In this document: one piece after another, positions 47,501 to 51,646 of the stretch
Layout of the letters: each line of letters opens with the position of its first letter
Numbering within the stretch: the stretch's first letter is position 1
Assembly (NCBI GenBank): GCA_946186495.1
Contig: CAMHNQ010000004.1
Coordinates: forward strand, 12,739 to 76,738
Direction: 5' to 3'
Source of the DNA: an uncultured Bacteroidales bacterium
Lineage (GTDB): Bacteria > Bacteroidota > Bacteroidia > Bacteroidales > WCHB1-69
Length of the DNA stretch: 64,000 nt
The notes under the pieces: generated by a model
The model's database searches: none
Told to the model about the DNA's origin: nothing
What the model saw: only the letters and a program-made list of their open reading frames with translations
Position numbers and translations under genes: made by a program

Positions 47501-47720
47501 ATATGATGAAGACTATTTTCTTGATGGATTAGACGGTTTAAGTTATAATGGCACTCGATTTTGGACGGCAACCATAGATGACAATAATGCGCCTTACAGC
47601 GTATGGGTGTATAGTTCTGAGTTTTTAAGTGTTATTGTCGGCAGTGCGGATTATGACGATGATACTCCATTTCAGAAGTATTTGGGACATTCCGTCCGCT
47701 GCGTCCGCGACAGCGAGTAG
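41589..47720 (+). CDS. Giant (2,043 aa) secreted mosaic protein: tail-fibre-like repeats, 11-residue-repeat stalk, FN3 and PKD modules, two FISUMP (Fibrobacter succinogenes major paralogous, lectin-like) domains
   Basis: Signal peptide MKKQIFLLTMMLWIAGTLYAQ. Repeats are of the type VLS(I/V)SNDT(I/L)YLTGGSWVKLP.GFSGDYN.LTNKPTNVS.FTNDAGYLT. DS(L/T)xLxxR(I/M)xx hendecads follow. A PKD signature is seen twice (WGDG...HTY...Y.VT.T). FISUMP signatures are also seen twice (VVQIGNQCWM.. / ICP.GWH.P...E...L / GFSALP.G / SVRCVRD). Confidence 0.85.
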   Translation: MKKQIFLLTMMLWIAGTLYAQNGNDKISYQSVVRNAQNQLVHDTEVTVTVSIANSSSQAVVYRERHTVMTNANGLISFLIGDGQRLSGDWDDVRWNHALLTLETSIGGVVLATNTMPVSAVPYALYAKNADHTDSAEYADSAEYADSTEYALYADSTDLDVVQNYLDENGYLPEEPQVLSIHGDTVFLTRGGHVVLPAMPTNVSAFTNDAGYLTEEAQVLRISNDTIYLTGGSWVKLPAGFSGDYNSLTNKPTNVSTFTNDAGYLTSDSAVIVNLNTNVTNLQGDVTNLQTNVTNLQNADNALSSRITTDSANLANNYYDKTQINDTLSHYLMKEIQVLSVSNDTLYLTGGSWVKLPQGFSGDYNDLTNKPTKSDLCDSVKPCVTDWISDSTRMLFDSLHNYYVTSSALKDTVSAIRGALQDTAIAIRRTLIDTAAAIRSDIPDVSGFATKDELRADSTVLAQQIRTDSLALHTALIDTASAIRDALIDTAAAIRTAMPVVNDGTLTITVNGTNNTFTANQSGNTDVNIDLTPYATKIELHNDSVALGTAISDLTAKVATDSLALVNRIVSDSTALADKMHADSLVLATRIVTDSTVLVNRIIADSTALSHRMDTLLKHVCDSVKPCVTEWMNDTLKAYTTTNKIDTLIQKYGYVTTAQLNGTLNTVYDKIHTDSLTLVNRIVADSTVLADKMHTDSLVLVNRIVADSTALAGKMHADSLALVNRIVSDSTALAAKMQADSLTLATRIVTDSTALVNRIVADSTILRTALKDTASAIRNSIGNGTLTIKQGGNTLGTFTANQKGDASIDVPVPTAPNNATITIKRNGANIQNGTFTVDQSTNQTIDIAVPTTVAELTDKDDYAKVAANNNFTGTNTVPRGFVISGENATNSDNCNNIVVNACDLWAVFDSLNRRINALQQELDELKSATPPVFRTITLSNPTSTTLKVTTDFTSQVSNISSYKFYYSTNSNMSDAHFVESTSPETTLTGLTPHTQYYIAVSASNLSGIIFSDTASEWTKATAPTAEVNLQSLHKGILVSINNPNFQQLPDGRVQIYYKKSDNCNQEDEGFESKPYITLNNGESHETGICNLDANEAYCVMVKVSNLDSTTVYGPYNITPIEVTLSLTASAESPVAICEGDSVSVNFTAELSSGASFDDYTITWTHTIFESASPKPSVKALNESSLSITFPTYSNKSEYNYTLTCVAEHKTCNSVLLRADKAIEIEIRKSPAFLTCEDNLSVAIMDMSGTNSLLNEDPIVSIDWGDGQTDNNPAVGSSHTYSSQNVYAVTVTTDKGCSTTKNVAVGDITLKPCSVASPHTDGNLYTSTTGGFELTEDGKVTAVNDQDNHRYAVVQIGNQCWMKSNLRTTHYSDGTSLDQGTTLNNSHKYYYKPTASSSFNSYDINLYNETSDGFYYNWTAVMNGASSSSDAPSGVQGICPKGWHVPSSSEWDTLVNYIEGIYGDSYADRLSGGCEWESKSNGSHHPGSYKTSYRNSSGFSALPCGWFGYNDTFYNNKESSSLSKYQYAIFWTSTEKSSSNAYNRKLTSNNAKFLSDNYDSKTYGYSVRCVRDEEAAPTVTTGAASSIGETSATLGASITNPDDVTITEKGFVYKETSGATWTSVAGTGEGDNFTANLTGLTASTDYTYKAFVTFEGGADTVWGGAETFTTTSAGPSPCTTLPTFTTCENGLTVNITSVNNATSINWGDGSTLDNNPSTSSTHTYGIDGVYTITATSTPGCTATKQVAMGIATLHPCTGLTAHQTGYTGNGYNGVVNDGYEETNAEGIISVTDYDGNVYPVVQIGSQCWLAENMRCTHSPKTGHVLAIESEVISNVSKAAYWYEDDESNYGSVGLLYNWCAAMDTASPDSYLEVPTETNIDDDWSFEISSNNRGICPLGWHIPTKVEYTALLEYANGGSSTSEDGDYVFYSVSGKLSSGCGWVSCETSDCKPGNYQHTERNKYGFSALPAGFLYDEDYFLDGLDGLSYNGTRFWTATIDDNNAPYSVWVYSSEFLSVIVGSADYDDDTPFQKYLGHSVRCVRDSE
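41988..42041 (+). repeat. 18-nt x 3 in-frame tandem repeat (DSAEYA DSAEYA DSTEYA)
   Basis: GACAGTGCCGAATACGCC occurs twice perfectly, then GACAGCACCGAATACGCC. Confidence 0.9.
43269..43871 (+). repeat. Two blocks (5 and 8 units) of 33-nt/11-residue repeats separated by a 174-nt spacer
   Basis: DSLALVNRIVS DSTALADKMHA DSLVLATRIVT ... Segments of about 125 nt (roughly 43282-43405 vs 43752-43875) are roughly 90% or more identical by eye. Confidence 0.85.
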
Positions 47721-47756
47721 GGCGGTGCGGAATGCTGAATTATGAATGCTGAATAG

Positions 47757-47786
47757 AGGGCGTGGCGAGGTGCTGCGCCCTTTTTT
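47757..47786 (+). terminator. Probable rho-independent terminator of the giant gene
   Basis: AGGGCG ... CGCCCT stem (5-6 bp, 13-nt loop) followed by T6. Confidence 0.5.
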
Positions 47787-47792
47787 AATGCA

Positions 47793-47826
47793 GAATGTAG
47801 AATGAAGAATGAAGAATGAAGAATAG
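47793..47826. repeat. Heptanucleotide microsatellite (GAATGAA)3 with degenerate flanking units
   Basis: GAATGTA GAATGAA GAATGAA GAATGAA GAATAG. The preceding tail also carries GAATGCTGAAT twice (47730-47740, 47744-47754). Confidence 0.85.
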
Positions 47827-47831
47827 GGAAA

Positions 47832-47960
47832 TTACTCCCGTGCTAGGTTATGGAGTTCCTCCTCGGTCAATCCGGAGATTTTCGCCACTGTTGCCGGTTC
47901 CAGCCCTTCGGCGAGCATGTTGCGGGCGAGGAGGCGCTTGGTGTTGATTTTAGGAATAGC
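47832..47960 (-). pseudogene. C-terminal remnant (about 40 codons) resembling the end of an Rpn/PD-(D/E)xK-transposase-family protein
   Basis: The minus-strand translation reads ...IPKINTKRLLARNMLAEGLEPATVAKISGLTEEELHNLARE*. An in-frame stop lies upstream, so no complete gene is present. The family call is from memory and is weak. Confidence 0.3.
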
Positions 47961-47994
47961 CAGGAATAGCCGGCAATCGCCATTGTATTCCGCA

Positions 47995-48210
47995 TCCAAC
48001 CATCCCCGTTAGGGGAACCCTATCTGTAGCATACGGAAGCCGCGCGGTTTCCAAATCCCCGTTAGGGGGATTCATATTCAACGGTTAGCAAACGCATTGA
48101 CGGATTTGTTGTGCAACCCCTCACGGGGTTGTGTGGCGTGGTCGGACGCATTGTTGCTACAGATATGGAAGCCCTAACGGGCTTGGGCGAAACGGGCTGC
48201 TTCGCGGACG
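47995..48210. other. Cluster of GC-rich 4-nt-loop hairpins enclosed by an 11-bp long-range complement; structured RNA or decayed coding DNA
   Basis: Hairpins: TCCCC-GTTA-GGGGA (48003-16), AATCCCC-GTTA-GGGGGATT (48054-72), CAACCCC-TCAC-GGGGTTG (48114-31), AAGCCC-TAAC-GGGCTT (48169-84) and GCGAA-n9-TTCGC (48187-205). TATCTGTAGCA (48021-31) is the exact reverse complement of TGCTACAGATA (48155-65). Confidence 0.35.
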
Positions 48211-48361
48211 GATTGGCCTCTCATATCCGCACATCCCTGAACGGCAATATCCCGGGACGTATGTTTTCCAATTGTTTTACGATAAAGTGGGGGTGACCTT
48301 AGACAAAGATTATTATGATAGCTATGCGTGCCCTGTCCGCTGCGTCCGCGACAGCGAATAA
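48131..48361 (+). pseudogene. Orphan 3' fragment of a FISUMP-domain gene (copy 2 of the ...VRCVRDSE* end)
   Basis: The 76-codon ORF ends ...YVFQLFYDKVGVTLDKDYYDSYACPVRCVRDSE*. Its last 23 coding nt are identical to 47694-47716. No N-terminal domain, signal peptide or promoter motif is present. Confidence 0.5.
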
Positions 48362-48390
48362 GGCATGGTGGAATGTTGAATCATGAATAT

Positions 48391-48490
48391 GAGGGTGTGT
48401 CATAAGTCTGTTTTGGCAAAAATTGCTATTTGATTATCAGATAGTTACAAATCGAAAAATGCCGAATTTTGGACTTTTGACACACCCTCT
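48391..48490. repeat. 100-bp element bounded by 12-bp perfect (18 bp with 1 mismatch) inverted repeats GAGGGTGTGTCA(T/A)AAGTC; MITE-like, or an expanded terminator hairpin
   Basis: GAGGGTGTGTCATAAGTC...GACTTTTGACACACCCTC is followed by TTTT. The inner 76 nt are AT-rich with no ORF. Confidence 0.4.
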
Positions 48491-48717
48491 TTTGCAATGG
48501 AATGAATACGGGTGTTCCCTCATCGTGTTTCTGTTGTGAGGCACTCATAATGTGATGGTTCCGCAGTCGGTTCTGCGACACCCTTCGGAAGCGTTCGATC
48601 GTTGTTTTGGCCCGTTTCTGCATCGTTCGTGGATGGTTTTCGGGGTATCAAAGCCGACTTGCCGCCGATTTGTGCATCGAGAGGTACCCTTCACGCTGGT
48701 TTTCGGTACCTGTTATT

Positions 48718-48806
48718 TTTAACAATTAATCGTAAAACAACACTTCGTAAAAAAATATTTTAATTTTATCGTTGAGCTATGTTGAAAAAAGTGTATTTTT
48801 GCGGCG
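48718..48806 (+). promoter_or_regulatory. Conserved promoter/leader block A (contains -7 motif TATTTTTG at 48794-48801) upstream of the DUF5618-like gene
   Basis: Homologous to block B at 49599-49685 in three sub-blocks: TTTAACA(A/G)TTAAT(C/T)GT(A/T)AAACAAC, AAAAATATTTTAATTT and AAAAAAGTGTAT(T/C)TTTGCGGCG. Confidence 0.55.
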
Positions 48807-48849
48807 GAGAAAATGATCTATTAACCTGACCCAAAAAAGCTCAAAGAGA

Positions 48850-49251
48850 ATGGAAAAGAAAGATCCCATTGAAGAAGCCCGGAGATATGTGGCGAATGCG
48901 AAGGAAGTCATCAAGAAAGCCAACTTTGACCCCGAATTGAACATCTACACTGACGGAAAGTACATTAAAATGGCAGGAAACACCTTGTGGAATGGTTGTC
49001 TTATTGCATTAGATGCCGCGCTGGAAATCAGCAAGGGGAAGGGCCGTCCGGATATCAAGAAGTATAAGGAAGCTGCCGCCATGCGCGACAAGAAGCTGAT
49101 GGCGGCTATCGTGGCCGGATACGACACCGTGCATCTTAGCATGGGCTACGATGGAGCCAAAGGCAAAAAAATCTGTGATGCGGGCTTCGAGTATGCCAAC
49201 GCAATCATCGACCGTTGCGCGATGCTGGTTCCCGAACCGGTGTGCGCGTGA
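48850..49251 (+). CDS. Small all-helical protein, DUF5618-like
   Basis: 133 aa: MEKKDPIEEARRYVANAKEVIKKA...YIKMAGNTLWNGCLIALDAAL. The family name is from memory. There is no signal peptide. Confidence 0.55.
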   Translation: MEKKDPIEEARRYVANAKEVIKKANFDPELNIYTDGKYIKMAGNTLWNGCLIALDAALEISKGKGRPDIKKYKEAAAMRDKKLMAAIVAGYDTVHLSMGYDGAKGKKICDAGFEYANAIIDRCAMLVPEPVCA

Positions 49252-49261
49252 CAATCGTGGT

Positions 49262-49300
49262 ATGGTCTCCTCCGTCCGCTGCGTCCGCGATTCCGAATAG
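49262..49300 (+). pseudogene. Orphan 12-codon remnant of a FISUMP gene 3' end (copy 3: MVSSVRCVRDSE*)
   Basis: TCCGTCCGCTGCGTCCGCGA (49271-49290) is identical to 47691-47710. It begins 10 nt after the stop of the DUF5618-like gene. Confidence 0.5.
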
Positions 49301-49340
49301 CGGTGGCGGGGTGTGAATTCGCCACATTCAACAGCCAGCG

Positions 49341-49373
49341 AAACAGGCCGTCCCGGTGCGGGGCGGCCTGTTT
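49341..49373 (+). terminator. Hairpin AAACAGGCCG-n13-CGGCCTGTTT downstream of remnant copy 3
   Basis: A 10-bp perfect stem. The downstream tract is only weakly T-rich (GCCTGTTTCC). Confidence 0.4.
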
Positions 49374-49493
49374 GCCTGTTTCCATTTACCATCCCGAATT
49401 CGCGCACAAAACGGCCAAGACTGATCATTCATGCCACGCGACTGCGGAACTTCCATTTTTGTCCTTTTACACCTGAAAACTTGAAACAGCATC

Positions 49494-49554
49494 CCTGCCA
49501 TTCCCGAGTTCGCATGAACAAAAAGGCAAGATTGCAGGTCGGAGATCAAAAGGA
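49494..49554 (+). repeat. Direct repeat, copy 1 (about 56-61 nt), upstream of the PD-(D/E)xK-like gene cassette
   Basis: CATTCCCGAGTTCGCATGAACAAAAAGGCAAGATTGCAGGTCGGAGATCAAAAGGA. Copy 2 at 50583-50643 differs at 1 position in the 56-nt core. A degenerate third copy lies at about 49391-49425. Confidence 0.85.
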
Positions 49555-49598
49555 GGCTTCGGGGCACAGCCTCCAGCCTTTGTCCCCCGCCCGAGAAA

Positions 49599-49685
49599 TT
49601 TAACAGTTAATTGTTAAACAACGCACAGGAAAAATATTTTAATTTCCACAACGGTCCAAAAGAAAAAAAGTGTATCTTTGCGGCG
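49599..49685 (+). promoter_or_regulatory. Conserved promoter/leader block B (contains -7 motif TATCTTTG at 49673-49680) upstream of the PD-(D/E)xK-like gene
   Basis: See block A. The ATG at 49717 lies 37 nt after the motif. Confidence 0.55.
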
Positions 49686-49716
49686 TTAATTTATTTCTCA
49701 CAAAACCTATAACAAA

Positions 49717-50562
49717 ATGAACACAATTGAAAACACCACACCGCAACTCCCAGACTTCGGGGCTCTGCTGGAAGCCATCAAGGAAAACGGCCGCCGCATC
49801 GACGAGCGGGACGCGCGCTACGACAAAGAAAGAGCGGAACGCGAGAAGGAGCGCATCGAGCGCGAAGCCAAATGGGAGGCCGAGCGCAAGGAGCAGGATG
49901 CGAAGTGGAAGGCCGAACGCAAGGAACAAGAAGCAAAATGGGAGGCCGAGCGCAGGGAGCAAGAAGCAAAGCGGGCGGCTGAACGCACGGAACAAGAAGC
50001 TAAATGGGAGGCCGAGCGTAGGAAACAAGAAGCAAAGCGGGCGGCTGAACGCAAGGAATGGGAAGCCGAGATGAAGGCCTCCAACGACCGCCTGAACAAG
50101 ATCAGCGAGGACACGAACAGGGCGATCAAGGACATGAAGAACGTCTTCACCACGCAGTGGGGGCGGCTGGTGGAAGCCCTCTCAAAGCCCGCCGCGCTCG
50201 CACTCTTCAAAAAGGAGGGCATCGACATCGACCGCGTATTCGAGGAGATACACAAGATCAAGAACAACGGCCAGGACGTGATGGAGATAGACGTGGCGCT
50301 GTGCGACACGTCGGTAGTGGTGATCGTGGAGGTGAAGACACGATGCGGGAAAAACGACATCGACTACTTCCTCAGACAGATGGAGCACTGCAAGGAATGG
50401 TACCCCGACTTCGCGAACAAGACCCTTCTCGTGGCTGTCGCCGCCATCCAGTACGACAGCGGGGCCGACAAGTACGCGCAGCGACAGGGCCTCTACGTGC
50501 TCACGCTCAGCGGCGAAGACACGTTCAAAATGTCGGCGCCAGCGAACAGGAGGGAGTTCTGA
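49717..50562 (+). CDS. Protein with an N-terminal KWEAERKEQ-type 11-residue repeat coiled coil and a C-terminal PD-(D/E)xK-like nuclease-fold domain
   Basis: The C-terminal DVMEIDVALCDTSVVVIVEVKTR parallels the YraN core HLEVDIIAETDDYVVFVEVKTR encoded at 11818-12183 in this same window. The N-terminal half is E/K/R/A-rich repeats. Confidence 0.55.
   Translation: MNTIENTTPQLPDFGALLEAIKENGRRIDERDARYDKERAEREKERIEREAKWEAERKEQDAKWKAERKEQEAKWEAERREQEAKRAAERTEQEAKWEAERRKQEAKRAAERKEWEAEMKASNDRLNKISEDTNRAIKDMKNVFTTQWGRLVEALSKPAALALFKKEGIDIDRVFEEIHKIKNNGQDVMEIDVALCDTSVVVIVEVKTRCGKNDIDYFLRQMEHCKEWYPDFANKTLLVAVAAIQYDSGADKYAQRQGLYVLTLSGEDTFKMSAPANRREF
49867..50064 (+). repeat. 33-nt x 6 in-frame tandem repeat (EAKWEAERKEQ units; 66-nt super-repeat)
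   Basis: GCCAAATGGGAGGCCGAGCGCAAGGAGCAGGAT and five variants read consecutively. Confidence 0.85.
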
Positions 50563-50582
50563 CGGGCAAAACGCGGGCCACA

Positions 50583-50643
50583 CCTGACATTCCCGAGTTC
50601 GCATGAACAAAAAGGCAAGATTGCAGGCCGGAGATCAAAAGGA
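50583..50643 (+). repeat. Direct repeat, copy 2, downstream of the PD-(D/E)xK-like gene
   Basis: See copy 1 at 49494-49554. Confidence 0.85.
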
Positions 50644-50877
50644 ACGGGATTTCGTTGCTCCCCTCTCTTGCGAGTTCCGGGCTCCATTTGGCCGGGAGGC
50701 GGCGTGCGTTGCCAAATCTGAAGAAAGACCAATCGGAAGCTCTCAGGATGTTCCTTGTTGACCATGCCGAGTTGCAGCGATGCCTTGTCAACCAATGCGA
50801 CAAGTCCGGATGAACGAAATTGATCGATGATGAAAAAGAATCCCAACGAAACTGTTGATTTTGTCGTTATTAATTTG

Positions 50878-50885
50878 TATTTTTG
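50878..50885 (+). promoter_or_regulatory. Orphan -7 promoter motif TATTTTTG with no ORF of 60 aa or more for about 280 nt downstream
   Basis: TTAATTTGTATTTTTGCTGCCG resembles the other promoters in the window. The next + strand gene start is at 51193, which has its own motif. Confidence 0.3.
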
Positions 50886-51165
50886 CTGCCGTATTTCTCA
50901 CCAATCGTTCGTTGAAGGCAGTAATCACAAAAACAGGTGAAGAATACGAGAACGGATAGGTATCACTAATTCATCCAACAACAACTTGCTTGTTTATCAA
51001 CAATTAAAGGGGACCTCTAGTTATTTCTTCCTGACTAACAGCTTTATATAGGCTAAAAATCCGCTGAAAACGACACCTGAAATCCCCGTTTCGGTCAACT
51101 TGCGACAGATGAACTTTTTATGGTGAAAATTTCTCGCAACCAATTGTCATTCAAAGAATTATTTG

Positions 51166-51173
51166 TATATTTG
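51166..51173 (+). promoter_or_regulatory. -7 promoter motif TATATTTG upstream of the IS5-family transposase remnant
   Basis: Exact TAnnTTTG, 20 nt before the ATG at 51193. Confidence 0.4.
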
Positions 51174-51192
51174 CGGCAAATTTGAATGGCAG

Positions 51193-51646
51193 ATGAAAGA
51201 GTCCAAACCGACATACAAGAAGCAGGGTAACATCACCCTTTTTGACAACGAGGAGACGATGGAGAAGTTCAATTCGATGGGCAACCCTTTGGACAAACTC
51301 TCGTTCCGCGATTTCCTCGGACTGGCCAGCGGCGACAAGGTGTCCGACGAGAAAACGATTTGGGCTTTCAAGGAGGAATTGACAAAGAAAGGCCTTTTTG
51401 GGCAATTGTTCGATGAATTCTACGCTTTCCTGGAGGAGAACAAACTGATCAAGGAAGACAGGGACGGCGAGTTGTGGAATCCCGAAGAGGGCGACACCGA
51501 GGAGGAGAAGAAGCGCAAGGCCAACAAGAAAAGGCAAAAAGACACGGATGCCCGATGGGTGAAGAAGGGCGGCCTACAACACCCTGACAAACCTGGTCTA
51601 CAACCTGTGCCGGTTCGAGCAAGTATCACGTCTTGGGATGAATTAA
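51193..51646 (+). mobile_element. Internally deleted IS5-family transposase (N-terminal DUF772-type domain fused out of frame to the extreme C-terminus; DDE core missing)
   Basis: The N-terminus reads ...LSFRDFLGLASGDKVSDEKTIWAFKEEL...KDTDARWVKKGG. After about nt 51575 a different frame reads TLTNLVYNLCRFEQVSRLGMN*, a typical IS5 C-terminal tail. The element ends are not confidently located (roughly 51080-51720). Confidence 0.6.

Noticed and set aside
48111-48296. 61-aa ORF and the 65-aa minus-strand ORF at 48426-48623 as small genes
   Set aside because: Both lie in the hairpin or inverted-repeat DNA, lack promoter motifs and start contexts, and overlap other candidate remnants. They are treated as non-coding or decayed sequence.
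47580-48361. Diversity-generating retroelement (VR at the 3' end of the FISUMP/C-type-lectin-like domain, TR downstream)
   Set aside because: The downstream copies match the gene end only over the last 20-30 nt plus the non-coding tail, not over a roughly 100-nt VR/TR. The differences are not adenine-specific. No reverse-transcriptase ORF exists anywhere in the window.
49867-50064. CRISPR-like array (regular ~33-nt periodicity); the same applies to 43269-43871
   Set aside because: The units are contiguous with no spacers, are in frame within long ORFs and encode hendecad peptide repeats. No cas genes are present.
47720-50562. CDI/Rhs-style orphan toxin-immunity cassettes behind a large exoprotein
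   Set aside because: In those systems the conserved recombination handle precedes a variable C-terminal toxin. Here the conserved piece is the extreme C-terminus itself. No toxin-like CT, VENN/PxxxxDPxGL motif or obvious immunity pairing is visible.
47691-50643. Shufflon or invertible-segment system swapping C-termini of the giant protein
   Set aside because: All three end copies are in direct orientation, not inverted. No tyrosine or serine recombinase gene is present in the window. Only homologous recombination remains as a possible mechanism, and that is reported as a finding with this caveat.
50493-50846. 117-aa minus-strand ORF downstream of the PD-(D/E)xK-like gene
   Set aside because: It overlaps the 3' end of the plus-strand gene by 70 nt, runs through the 56-nt direct repeat, and has no recognisable promoter motif or family signature. 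At best its first ~50 codons are a gene remnant.
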